From: the human T2T-CHM13v2.0 reference genome, Homo sapiens | DNA: 64,000 nucleotides | NCBI RefSeq assembly: GCF_009914755.1 | Contig: NC_060936.1 | Direction: 5' to 3' (one strand) | In this document: positions 13,357-30,390 of the stretch, piece after piece | How the letters are laid out: each line of letters starts with the position of its first letter | How positions within the stretch are numbered: position 1 is the first letter of the stretch | Position numbers and translations under genes: made by a program | The notes under the pieces: generated by a model | Seen by the model: only the letters and a program-made list of their open reading frames with translations | Databases searched by the model: none | What the model was told of the DNA's origin: nothing

Positions 13357-14039
13357 TTTCTTTTGGGAAGTGGGAAACTGGTAAGGATGGAATTCATAGG
13401 AATGGTTACACAGGGACGTCACCATTATTGATAATATTCTACTTCTTAAACTGAGGGGCAAATGGTGTGCTGTGCATGGTATTTTATTTATCTTATTTTG
13501 TGTGTTAAAATTTTTCTTTACATATATTAACATAAACAAATTTTAAGGAATTAGAGAGTTAAAATTTTATTCAAGAGAATACAAGTATTGACTCATTTTT
13601 ATCTGACTTGGAAGTCAACTCTAACTTACTGCCTTCCTTCATTTTTTTAAGGCTTATTATCACTTTGAGAAAAGCATGCTGCTAATCATGTGAAAACATT
13701 TGCAGGGATAGAATGTAGGATACATGAACTCACACTGAGGGAGAAGGAAATATTTTAATCCCTTCATAAGTAGCTGTTAGAGTATTCATGAAAATATTTT
13801 GGTAGCCTTTCTTACAGTGATTTATATTATGCTTTTAAGCTACATGGTACTGTATATCTATTAAAATTTTTAGAGGATTAAGACTGTGAGATTTATTGAT
13901 AGAGTTTACAGAAGGGCTTGTAGCTCCTTCTTAGTAAATTAACTTTGGCCTTGATTGAGAACAATACAGAACAACTTTAAAATTACGTGTGTTGCAGGAA
14001 AAAAGTTCATTGTATACCATCATGTAATACCACATTTTG

Positions 14040-14293
14040 GCCCCCATTTTCCCTCTGTCTTGAGTGCTCTTGCCCTCTCTCCCCCTCTTTTATCATGTAA
14101 TGTATTCTACCATGTTATGATGCAGTAAGAAAGCTCTTACCAGATGTGGCCCCAGTAAGAAAGCTCTTACCAGATGTGGCCCTTGGTCTTCGACTTCTCA
14201 GGCTCCAGAACCATGAGGCAAACCATGGATCAATTTTCTATATAAATTACCCAGTCTGTGATATGTTACAGCAGCAGAAAATGGACTAAGATA
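14040..14293 (+). mobile_element. MST (MaLR) LTR, 3' portion
   Basis: ccatgttatgatgcag...ctccagaaccatgag...tataaattacccagtctgtg...ggactaaga; contains a perfect 30-bp tandem duplication. Confidence 0.75.
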
Positions 14294-14573
14294 TCTATTT
14301 AGTAATACCTATGAATGGAGACATTATGGTTACTAGAAAATTACATTTCTGATTATACAGGCTTGTTTCATTTTGGGGGTTGCTTGTTACAGACACTAAA
14401 ATGTCACTCATTTTCCTAGTATTTTGGTTAAAAAAACTGCATCCAATACAAGGATTATAGTTCATTACCCCCAAATCACTCTACCCATACTACTGAATAT
14501 TAGTTTTTCTTAGTAAGAATGGAATTTTGGACAATCTAAAAGACTTTCTCCTAACTTTAAATGAAACTGTTCT

Positions 14574-18044
<3,471 letters not shown>

Positions 18045-19670
18045 AAATGAAACTGTTCTGTTTGTATGTTGGGATTACAAACACAGATACAAATTTCTGG
18101 CATATATACCCTAGATCAGAGTTGTTGGCTGTGGACATAGGATCATACTATGTGAGTAATACTTTGCCCATATAGGAAGGAAATGAAAATGTGTCTATCC
18201 TTTTCTTTGTTTAGACCAATGTTTAAGAGTTAGCAACTTTTGAAGATGTTGTGCTAATGAGCTAGCCTATTTACTTTTGATATATCATATGGGATGAGGC
18301 AAGGATGACTATGTATGAGATTAATAAAGACTGTGTTTGTTGACTCATGTAAAGACTATATAAATGGCAAGAAGAGCAACCAATCTCCATGCTATTATTG
18401 GTAGCTCTTTACATCTTGGGTTGCTGACATCGGCCTTAAGCCTTCAGGGTCCCCACTACCTGGTCCCAGCCTTTCTTTCTTTCCACTTTTCCCAAGAGAG
18501 CCTTCATCTGTAGCCAGAAGCCTGAAACATATACTCAGGTTCTATTTTTGCGCTCTTATACCCAATGTCATATAAACTATTATTCCTAAATAACATTCAA
18601 CATGAGCTACTTACACAGATCCCTCAGTCTTCATCTTCTTTCCACACATGAAACACCTATTAAACCTCAAGTCAGAGCTCACCTATTTTTTTAAGGTTTT
18701 CTCTGACCATTGTAGACATTGTGATATCTCCTTCCTTATAACTCAAACTAGTATTACCACCACTCATTAACCACAACGTCCTTTAAGATCTCTTTTAGTG
18801 TATGGTTATTTCAGTTTCTGTGCATTTATATTTTATTTTCACAAATAAATTAGAAACTCATCAAGAGATAGACAAATATAGCTTTCAGTATTTGGGACTA
18901 TTTTTTACACAAAATAGGTATTTAGGACATATTTGACAAATGAATGTATGAACAGAGTTTGCTACCAACCACAAACTAGAACCCAGCATAACATGTGTAT
19001 CTCATCTTTGCACCTCTAGTTTATCACTCATTTTCTAAGGTGCATTTCTACAACCACATGTAACTTTTAGAGTAATACATAATTAGATAATATGCATGTA
19101 TTTTGTGTAGAAACAAAAAATAAGTAAAACACACAATTTCCCCAGAAAATTAAACAACCACATAGTACTATGGTTTACAACCCACAGACCAGAATTCAGT
19201 TAGTTGGTGATACTTGTTTTCTGTAAATAACTGAGCTATGTTTACAGTCCTTAACAAAATTGCCCTGATAAAGGGCAGACAACCACAGGCATTTCACTTG
19301 TTCATGATCCTGTGATTACTGAAATGTATAGTAGATTTAATGGATGCTAAAGCATAACTATACTTTTAAGCAATAGAGAGAAATTATAACATCTTATGTA
19401 AAATATCATATAAGTTTTTAGCCCTGAATGACATTCAACATGACCTATTTAATCATAACAGTATAAAAACTGATTCCAGTCATTTATTTTTAAAAAATAG
19501 TGTATGGAACTTTCTCCACATTTGAACACTAGTTAGATAATCATTTGGATAGGATGTTTCTGCATATATTTTTAGATAAAAACATTCCAATATGACTGAT
19601 GTATTTTCACAAATACAGCATAACATATGTGCAATTGAGTACCTTTCATTCCAAACTATTCACCTTAGGA

Positions 19671-19783
19671 TAGTGTTTCTCAACTGGAAGCCATCTAGTG
19701 GGTAGATACTCGGTATGCTGCTTACACACAGGATGCTCCCTTACAGCAAAGGATTGTCAGTAGTTCCAAGGTTGAGAAACCCT
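19671..19783 (+). mobile_element. MER20 (hAT), internally deleted
   Basis: tagtgtttctcaact...catctagtgggtag...ccaaggttgagaaaccct termini. Confidence 0.6.
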
Positions 19784-20416
19784 TCCTTAAAGAATATACC
19801 ATGTTCAGTGGTGGTGTGATCACCAAAATATTTTGGAAAATACTTTTCAGAATTTCCTGTTTGAATGTACTTATTGGTGGCAACTCTTCATTCCTTGCAA
19901 GCTATGTTTTATTTTAGATTAATTCTCATGACTCCCAGGAATGATATATTTAATTTATGGAACCAACAAAACATGCAAGCAGATATTCACATACCACTTG
20001 CATACATGCAAACAAAATTTATTAATCAATTCTTACTAATTCAGAATTGGGCCTGATTAGAAAGTAGAAGGCTTAAACTTTACTTTTATATAACATTCAA
20101 AGGAATAATTTATACATGAGCAGTTTTTAAGGATGAGCTTCACAACCTTGACTGTCACTTAACTCCCAACTGGGGAGGATAGAATCAAGTGAAATTTTGT
20201 ACTGTAAATGGTCTTTTGCCAGCTCAAAAACAAGGAATGGTAGAGCCTCAAAAATTTCAACTGAGAAGGTATTAATAATATAAACACTCAGCTCCCTCAA
20301 AAGTGTTAACTGAATAACTTTCACTAACTCTTCATGTTTTTCTGGTTATAGCCCATTTATTTAAATTGATGCTTTTGCTTTTAGTTAATATGTTTCTTAT
20401 GACAGTTTTTTATCTG

Positions 20417-20640
20417 CAGTTGTAAAATTTCAAAAGCCCTGAAAACTAAGGATTTTTGTAACTCACCTGTTAGCAAAACCTGACTTGAACTAATGTGAAG
20501 CTATTTATACTTTTAATTGACTCATATAATGTGAATATTCATATTCTTCACTACAGAAATATTAACATGTTATATTTCAGAGAGCTTAGTATGTATGTAA
20601 TATTTTTACCTTTCTAAATTTGAATAACTTCAAATTCTAA
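20417..20640. mobile_element. MER46C-like TcMar-Tigger remnant
   Basis: ctgaaaact...gtaactcacctgttagcaaaacctgacttgaactaatgtgaagctatttata...gtgaatattcata...cagaaatattaa. Confidence 0.55.
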
Positions 20641-20899
20641 ATTTGCAAGTGTGAAGTCTATAAGAATTATAAAAGCAGATGCTGAATAGTTTTATTCTGT
20701 TTTTCTTTTATAAATTGCTGTAGTTTTTCAACTTTAATCTTTTGAAATAATTATGGAAACAACTTTGTACTCTATCAATGGAACCAACATTTAATGTACT
20801 CAGTGACTGAAAATAAAATAGTAAAATTTTTCAAAGACTTTCAGAATTTTCAGTTAATTTTATAAGGAAGGGAATAAAAAATAAGTATACCAATATTAA

Positions 20900-21480
20900 A
20901 GTGATAGATGATATGATCAAGCAAATGACAAGAGAAAATGTGTATTGCCAATATTTTTCTAAATTAAATGCTCAACATCACTTGGTAATCTTTTAAGAGT
21001 ACAGGGTAAAATGAGATGTCATTCTCCCCAAGTAAGCAAAGATTCTAAAAACCGATGAAAATAAATGTTATCAAGGATGCAAGAAACTAGCCATTCCTAT
21101 GGGCTTCTTATAAGAAGAAATTTGTACAAAATGTCAAAAGATACATTGAGTTTAAATCCTTTGGCCAAAAATGATTCCACTTTTTGAATTGGTCCAAAGT
21201 AAATATCTGCAATGTAGCACAAAGATACATATGTGGATGTTTGTCACTGCTGTATTTTATTTAAAGTGACCAAAATACCCATGATTAAAAATTGGTAAAA
21301 TAAATTATTATGCAACCCTATAATATAATAGAAATCATATTATAGAAGAATATGTAATGTCTCCAGAAAATGTCCAAGATATAAGTAAAAAATGCTAGAG
21401 TTTAGAAAATAGTATGTACAGTTTATCCCATCTTCTGTATATCCAAGTATATATATGTGTGTCTTTCTTTGTGTTTGTAT
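20900..21480 (+). mobile_element. Ancient L1M(C/E) 3' fragment
   Basis: aaatgctcaacatcacttggtaatc...aaatgagatgtcatt...cacaaagatacatatgtggatgttt; very diverged. Confidence 0.45.
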
Positions 21481-22460
21481 TTTTCCACGTTTCCATTTTT
21501 TACAGTAAATAGATTTGAAATAGAGAATCCTTTATATTATTGTATATTTTCTGAGTTACATATAAATATCTAAAATTAATTGGGGAAAACTAAGCAAAGT
21601 CATACATACAGTCCACAAAGTGAAGAACCTCCAAGAATCAAAACTGAAGCAAATATTCTGAGAAACTCAAGCCATTTTCCAATTGATTGCCTTGATGTCC
21701 AATAAAAAAGGGTGGTACCTATAGATGGGAATGAAAAGATTTTGCTTCGTGGCATTCATTCCATTTCATGATACACTATTGTAGCAGAAAATATCATGAC
21801 TTCCTGAGAAGTGTAGTTTTACAGAATTTTAGTTTGCTTTCTGTATTTGCAATTCTGAAATCTCTTAGCTACCTGATTACTATTTCAATAAACGGAGAGT
21901 ACCATTTCCCTCCCTAGATCTCTCATTTCAAATACTAGCACACTGGGTGGAATTTTTACCTCTTACTTATGGTGTCCAGCTCACAACATCTTAACCTGGC
22001 AAGAGGACCAAACTAGCTGTAAATCTTACCACTCAGACCACACTTGATTATTGTGTGATGGCAAAATTAAACGTGAATAAAACAGGTAGAGCATTAGAGT
22101 GTTCTTGGAAGAATAAACACAAGTTGGAAGTCTTATGTGGATAGTGCAAAATACAGGAAGGCAATGAATCATGTAAACATCAAATGAAAGGTTGGTAAGG
22201 AAGCCATTGGAATCTGTCAGGCACTCCCTGCAATAAATGGCATATTCCGTTCCTTTCCTTTCATTCAGTTTAGGAAAGGGAGTTCTGTGAACTCTCTAAC
22301 AGATCCCAAAAGATTCTGTAAGTTCTTATTCCTGTGTAAAGGTACACTTTGAATAGAATGAGCTGAAACCCGCTGAAGAGGATGTTTAGTTTATATGAAA
22401 TGGACACAGATATGTCATAGTGCTCACCTCCCTGACTGTTTTGCCTTCTCCCACAAACAG

Positions 22461-22574
22461 GAAACTGTTAAGGCAGCAATAATAGAAGAGCAGAAACGAA
22501 GTGAAAAGGCTGTGGAAGAGGCAGTGAAAAGAACAAGAGATGAATTGATAGAGTATATAAAAGAACAGAAAAGG
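22461..22574 (+). CDS. CCDC91: Internal coding exon (38 codons, phase 0/0) of coiled-coil domain-containing protein 91 (GGA-binding partner p56)
   Basis: Polypyrimidine tract plus cag acceptor (gttttgccttctcccacaaacag), AGG|GTAAGT donor, open frame ETVKAAIIEEQKRSEKAVEEAVKRTRDELIEYIKEQKR with coiled-coil composition. Gene identity is recalled from the CCDC91 C-terminal sequence. Confidence 0.9.
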
Positions 22575-23564
22575 GTAAGTATCTCCTGAAAAGTTTTAAT
22601 TTGTGCTTCAATAAACTGAATCAGTGACTTCCATACAATAACATGAAATTGTAAAATATTTAAAATGTCCTGTGTCATCTAACTTACGGATCTTCATCTA
22701 AGGATATTTTCTGATATAATTATGTATTCTGATAGTTATGTCTATAAACATAAATCCCATCTGTCAGCAAAAACAACAGTGAATAATTTGTTGGTAGACT
22801 CCTAGAAATAACCTATATCATTTCCAATTTAGCTTTACTTACAAAGATAATAGACAGTTCTACATTTTTAGTCTTTTGCCATACATTTGTTAATTTCTTA
22901 TAATATTCATAGACATGTGTATGCATCATTTAAGCTTTCTGACTGTATTAACACCACTGTAGTTCTAATGGACATAATTACAGTTAGCAAATTCAGGCTC
23001 TTCTGCCATAGTGCCATTTCAAAACCATAACTCAGAATATGCTTGTAAGAATTTAGGATGCATATTAAAGCTTTGAAAAAAATAGCATTTTCATACAATG
23101 TGGTTTTATTAATGTTAGTCTGAAGAGTAGCTGAAACTAATGGATCTAACTTGATTTGTTGTCGTTTCAATAAATCTTCAGTCCTCTAAGCAATACACAA
23201 AATAAGAAACTCTTTAAGATTAGATGTTTACTGTAATCTTCTCTGTAATAAATATATATAATAAAATATATAATAAAATTTTTCACATGCAGTGTTTTAG
23301 GATGTTTATATGTTTAGTATATGTTACATATTATATAAATATATTTATTTGTGCAAATATATAATATATTGCAAACATATATTGCATTACATAATGTAAC
23401 AAAACACACATAAACAGTGTGTATGAGGAAATTTGACACAATAGCTAAACTTAATTGGTGGTCAAAATGGCAAAATAAATAGAAAATATACGATAAGATA
23501 TTATCCTGCAGTTGGCAGTTCAAGAAGTGCACTAAAAGCTCATGACACTACTTTAGTCCTATAC

Positions 23565-23908
<344 letters not shown>

Positions 23909-24369
23909 TGATACAAAGAAAATCCCCATCTCTTGATGGCTACAGTTAGGTTTCAACAGAGGAGAATTTGTCACCAGAGTAAAAACTTCCTAAGTAGTCT
24001 TTCCAGATAAATTAACCACTCACAGAAACATTTTATATTGGATTAAATCTTTGTACAGTTTACCTCAGAGTGTTTTTAAAAGCATTTTCACTCAAACAAA
24101 TTCCTGATAGATGCCTAACCTTCTAAGGGGAAAATTCTGGGCCAAAGAGTCAATTGGCTTTTCAAAGGAGTATTATGTTCTCAGAAAACTCCTATTTCCA
24201 TATGTACCTACAAAGAGTTTATTTTAAATAATCTTGTTCAAAAGTAATCATGCAGCAAAGGAATTATAGGTACATTTTATATGCATACAGGGATTGCAAT
24301 TGTGAAAGAACTTAAGTATCAAATAAATTCAAAGACTTCTTGTGGGTATTTGCTTTTTTATCATCTCTT

Positions 24370-24826
24370 TTTAAAATTGTTTATTTTATGTTAGTAAGAA
24401 CACTTAACATGAGTTCTTCCTCTTAAAATTTTAAGTCTATAATACTTTATCATTGACTATAGATGTAGAATGTTGTACAGCAGAGCTTTAGAACGTATTC
24501 ATCTTGCTTGACCGAAACTTTATGCCATTGTTTGGGTATTTCCTGTTTCTCTCTAACCCAATCCCCTGGTATCCACCAGTCCACTCTGATTCTATGAATG
24601 TGACTAGTTTAGATACTCTGTATAAGTGAAACCATGCAGTATGTGTCTTTCTGTGACTGGCTTATTTCACTTAGCGTAATGCCCTCAAGGATCATCCATG
24701 CTGTTCTGTATTGCAGAATTTCCTTCATTTTTAAAGCTGAATGGTATTTTGTTGTACATATATACCACATTTTTTATCCATTCCTCTGTCAATGGATATT
24801 TAGTTATTTCCACATTTTTAGTGTCT
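24370..24826 (-). mobile_element. L1MA9/L1MB-type 3' end fragment
   Basis: gtaagaacacttaacatgag...gttgtacagcagagctttagaac...tgtgactggcttatttcacttagcgtaatg. Confidence 0.8.
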
Positions 24827-25214
24827 AGTCTTAATAGTATATGGCCAATCTTTATTTGAGCTCTGAATCTGAATGAGAAATTATATAACAAAGCAAACTC
24901 ATTCATAAGATTATTTTAGACTAACATTTCTTTGGTTGAGATGGATGATTTTTCTTAAAAGAATTTTAAAGATAATGTTACTTTTTTGTCAAAGGGAGTT
25001 ATGTGGCTACCATAAGAAGTGCCTATAATAAGAATAAGAAATGCCTTTTTAAGAGATATCTGTTCCCCACATGAAGCAAATTAACTTTGAAAAGAGCTGA
25101 CAATGAACTCTGGCATTTAGTCTGTGTGTTCTTGCAAATCATACTAAAGGCCTAGTATTCACTTGTATTAGTCAGTAAATCAGTTACCACATGTGGAGAC
25201 ATTATTAAAATAAC

Positions 25215-25390
25215 AGCCAAGAAACCGTGACATTAGCTTTCATTTGCACTGAAGTTCTACTTCTCTTTGCTTGTTTCCTTATATATTAAGGAGAATAAAT
25301 CTAATACCTACCTTGCAGAGTTGTTATGAATTAATACATGTAATAAAATAGCAGCTACAGTAAGGACTCAATAAATATGTGTTATGCTTA
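25215..25390 (+). mobile_element. MIR SINE
   Basis: MIR core remnant tgtttccttat...aatacctaccttgcagagttgttatga...ctcaataaat. Confidence 0.5.
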
Positions 25391-27302
25391 TCATCTTTAC
25401 CACATTATTTACAGAAAGTAGAAATAACTAGCAGCATTATTGTTGCTAATTAAAAAATGTGCTCTTTAGAATAGTGTTTGGTGTTCTATTTCCTCTGAAT
25501 TTAAAGTGTGAATTCTAAAATTTTATTTCTCTTCTGTTACTAATTCACAGAAGATTAAAACTGATTTAATCAGTACACTTGTAGGAAATTTATTACTTCC
25601 ACTTTGGGATTTTAAACTTTTATTAATAATACATGCTGTGGCATATTTTTAATATTTGAATGTTTGTATCTTTCCAAACAGAAAAGCTATAAAAAAGTAA
25701 ATAAATGATCTGAAATGGAACTAATTACTAATTACTAGACCTCTTTATTATGTAAATTTTAAAAAATTGAGATTCTCTATATTCTTATTTTCCAAAAATG
25801 TATTTCAGTATTTTGAGTTAATTTTTATGAATATCTTGGGGTTTGGAAAATTTTCATACACAAAAAAGATATCTCAGAGCTTATAAACTAATACTTAGGA
25901 AAAACAAAAGTTTTTTAGCAAATTCATAATCTTCTTGTCTGTTTCCAAAAGACTGAATTAGGGCAACTCACATCTACTTCTTCCTTTGGAAGATGGATTT
26001 CTATTTACATCAGAGAACACATTTCCAGAATAAAAATTTTCCTTTCCCTTCTCCAGGTTTTTTTTTTTAAACTAAAGAGTCAACTTGAGATTTTCAACAT
26101 TAGACAACTTAAAAGCCCGATAGACCTTGTTTCCAACTGAGCTTGAATTTCAGTTTGTGAAGTAATCTTCTGTTCTTGAAGTTTTTGAAAATCTTTGAAG
26201 GAAGAAGTCTACTTGTATTAGGTCCTACCTTTTTTGTCCTTTGTCCTAGTAGTCTTTCATTAGACATCATCATACTTTTACCAAATTCATTAAAAGTTTG
26301 AAATGAATACTTTTCCCCTACATCTTTTTTTTAGTCTTTTGCTTTTAAAAGACAGAAAAACACAGAATTAAAAATTCAAAATGCTTAATTTTTGAAATAC
26401 CTTATGGATTATCTAACAATATAAAACACAATGGATTTACAAATTGCTATATGAGGTTACATAGCTCTTTCTGTGTATCTGAAATTAAGTACTTAATCAG
26501 TTATCCATTCCTGTTAAGTAGTAAAATTATACTCAGAATTATACTAGAATTAAAGTTAGAATTCTGAGAAAATTTTAATTTTAAATGCTATTTACCAATT
26601 TTTATGTGTGAAATCAATAGAGATGTCACTAAACTTTAAAAATACCTAGTATTCGTCTGGTCTAAACATCTTAGGACAAAGGGGCTACCTGTACATGTAC
26701 TAATTAAGTAAATTATAATTTACATTCAAATTACATCCTAAATTATTTACTAAGTCAGATACATAGTACTTGTAATATTAGTCCGAGTCATAATCATAAC
26801 CAAAAATTACTATGTAATGAAAATATCCAAATAAGGAGAGCTTTTAAAATGATCAACCAGAAAGATAATTTAAATCAATGATGAATTAGTTTTAGTAATA
26901 AAAATGCCTTTTTATAAGAATTCTACCTCATAATCTTTTTAGAAATTTCTCTGTAAAATCTATCATGCTAATCCTGAGGAAAAAAAAGGATCCTTACATT
27001 GAATTTACAACTTTACTGTGGAATCAAAAAGGTAATCTGTAGCCTTAACACTCATAAATTTTCCATTGAACTTGGCAGAAATTATCTAATTTTAATGGAT
27101 TTAGACATTTCCAATATAACTTATATAATAGAGAAGAAAAGGCAAACAGGAAAACCTAAAAAGATTTAAAAATATATTTAATCTTTCTGTGGATCAGCAA
27201 GGTACCTGCAAGTACAGTGATTTGCATTGAAAGACCATATTGTATTTTATTAAAATGTAAATTTTGGTTTCAGACTCTCTTCAATCACTGTAAATTCTAT
27301 AG

Positions 27303-27523
27303 CAGAAGTTGCAAACTGCAACTCATGGGTCAAATCCGGCCTGCTGCCTGCTTTTATAAATAAAGTTTAATTGAAACATACATTCACATCCATTCATTTT
27401 TGTATTGTCCACTAACTGGTGTCATGCTTCAATAGCAGAGTTGAGTAAAGAGAGACCATTGGGACATACAACCCAAAATATTTACTATCTGGTTCTTTAA
27501 AGAAGAATGTTTACCAACTCCTG
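27303..27523 (+). mobile_element. MER58A MITE (hAT-Charlie)
   Basis: cagaagttgcaaact...aaatccggcctgctgcctg...aaataaagtt...tttaccaactcctg; flanks ttctatag/ttctaaat fit a degenerate 8-bp TSD. Confidence 0.8.
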
Positions 27524-29704
27524 TTCTAAATCATAAAAATTATCTTGCGGGGAAAGTTTCTTCTTTTCAGCCCTTTAAAATTTTTATTCGCTTCTTATGC
27601 CTCAGGGTAACTAGACAATTGAAGTCTCTTAGGTGCTATTCTGGAGAAGATTTCTCTCTATGTATTAATTGCCAGATAAGATATTATAATACATCATATC
27701 TGATCATTAGTGCCATAAATTTTATTTTATAAATGGAGATGGCAGAAAAATGAGATGGGAAAGAATACATCCCTGACACTTCCCTAGGGAGGAATAATTT
27801 GTGGTTTATAATGACCGACAGCCCTTGGATTAGAACGAAGAGTTCCAACCCATCCCACAAGTTAAGACTGTTACACATGAGTTTGCTATGAGGGAGGAAG
27901 TGTGAATAACATTCAGCAAGCAACAACTACTCACAGCCAAGCAGTGATTCCTAAAAAATAAAATCTCATCCAAATGTAATAAAATACTATTTTTCCTCTT
28001 AAGAAACAAAATTATTGCCTGTGTTTTCTAAATCACCTCCAGGAAAATAACCTTCACTTTAGAGTATCCTTTTAATTTAGGTTTTTAGAGAAGAGTAAGA
28101 AGCAATTTTCTTTACTTCAAAGGTTTTGTGGTCAAGGCATTGTCAGAATTTTTTAAATATAAAAGGGCTCTTTTAATCCAGTTTTGCTGCAATATTCTTG
28201 GATGTTTGCATCTCCAACTATTAAAAGATAATATTTAGACAAAATGAACTTTCCTTATGTTCTGACCAGTTACACAGTTACTTGAATAAACCATTATTTC
28301 AATATAAGTTATTTAATATTTCATGGTCCCTTACTTTTCTCTTCTTAGAAATATAGAAGTTTGACTAGCTGATCTCTAATGACTCTTAAAGTCCTAAAAT
28401 TCTGTTAAGACTATGAGTAACATTTTCCTTGACAGTTGATAAACCCCTTGAGAGATTTTTAATTCTTGATATAAATCAGTTGCATCATAGTAGTTACATT
28501 GTATGGTATTTATAAATTAGTGTAGGAAAATGGCGCTTTCCTGACATTTCCCATCTTCCTGCCCCTTTCTCATCCTAATTACTCTTGCTTCTATCCAATC
28601 TGGAGGAGGCTGTGTAGTTGTATGTGCAAGAAGTAGCTCATTAACAATTCAGCATCTGTGGTCTAAAGCATCTGCCCTTGTAACTTTCGATTTGGGTCTC
28701 ATATTTGAAAATGCTTTTATGTAACCAACACATATTAAAAAGCATACTATACCCTTACATTCATTATTGCCTGTTTTCGGTTGTACCTCATTTTTTGATG
28801 CCAAAGGGAATTTAGCCTTCTCTACATAAGCTATATTGTAATTTAAATCATCAGAAGTTTACCTTCCAAATTTGTATAATTATATCCATTTCAGGTGGCA
28901 CAATAAACAAATGGAAAAATATTTGGATTTAGAAAAATAACCAGTACTAACCATCTTGCCAAATGATGTTTCAACTAGGTCACAAATTTATCCTTCTTCT
29001 TAAATTAAAAGCTTAGGAAATTTGATGTGAAAGAGAGGTTAGTGAAGGCAATGAAGTAAACAGATTTTAAAGGTTTTATAGTTGTTTAAGGTTAATATAA
29101 TTATGATTTTAAAACTTATTCACTATTTCTCTATCTTAAACTCTTTGACAGTTTATTTCACAAATTATACTTTAAAATCAAATTTATTGCTATCTCCCAC
29201 TTTATATTTTATCAGTCTTCTTGATGGTCTGTCTTGTTTTGCTCTTTTCACTTGCATAAGAATAATCTTGAAAAAACTTACTGACATGTGGACAATCACA
29301 CACTTTGGTGAGATGACCCTATTTGTCATTTCCATTTCAACAGTGTGGTAATTGAGATGATGTTAAAGATAAAGCCCAATGCTTAGATTATATCCCATTA
29401 TTCCTGTAGCAAGGAATATAAAATACGTTTTAACTTAAAATCAAAATGTAAATTTATGTATGTACACATAAAAACTAGTTTGGTGTAGCAGTTAATGCGG
29501 TATTTTTCATTGGTTTTTGGGTGGATTCTAATCGAAGTACAGTGAGCATAAAGACTTTGGAGGCATCTAGTATATGAAAATGTTTATCTCTTTTTATGTA
29601 ATGATTCAAAATTGTTCATCTAAGTAATCACTTCTTGAATTACTATAATGACAACTAACTTTATTCTTTGGTAAAATGATTTAACTTTAAAAAACATATA
29701 TTCA

Positions 29705-29733
29705 CTGATGCAGGAGAATCACTTGAACCCAGG
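29705..29733 (+). mobile_element. Isolated 29-bp Alu right-arm fragment
   Basis: ctgatgcaggagaatcacttgaacccagg versus Alu consensus ctgaggcaggagaatcgcttgaacccggg. Confidence 0.7.
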
Positions 29734-30267
29734 TAGATCAAAAAAGTTGTGCGAGACCAGAAGCACCATGTCTTTTAAAGCTTAAAGCCTTATTTTGGAA
29801 GGAAAGTATAAGAACATACTCCTTAACGAATTAAGTGAGGTCAAAATAATAGCTTCAAGCAATAATAGACACCATTGGCACATGACAGTGCTTGAATAAA
29901 GACCAAATGCATTATGGTGACAACAATTGACAACAGAATTCCAGAAGATCACTTAAGCCTATGATGATCAGGATGGACTTTTGGTTTCTGTCAAATGAAA
30001 ACTAAAATGTGGACTAGGCTATATAATAAAAAGAGGAAAAAGAGTCTGCGAGAAGCCAAAGGATTTGGTTTCTTAAAAGAATAAGCAAATTTATATATAA
30101 AAATTTTTGTAAAGAAGTCTATTTTCTAGATTCTTGATATACCTTTTGGATGCAATTCTAGAATATCTTGGCTCATAAAGCTCAGATTATTGGGGGCAAT
30201 AGACATGGAGGGAATTTTTTTGGCTTATTATATTGATATGCCCTTCAGCCATCCTTAGAAGTCAAAA

Positions 30268-30271
<4 letters not shown>

Positions 30272-30303
<32 letters not shown>

Positions 30304-30390
30304 GGTGTAGGTGTATGTATGTGTGTATATATCAAAATGTGTGTGTGCGTGTATGAAGGTGTTGGGGGGTGTGTGTGTGTGTGTGTGTCT
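30272..30390. repeat. Compound (GT)n microsatellite
   Basis: Several interrupted GT runs. Confidence 0.95.

Noticed and set aside
14123-14182. CRISPR-like repeat
   Set aside because: Only two abutting copies with no spacer, in eukaryotic DNA.
22395-22589. 64-aa ORF as a standalone small gene
   Set aside because: Only 22461-22574 is exon-like; the flanks are the splice acceptor region and intron.
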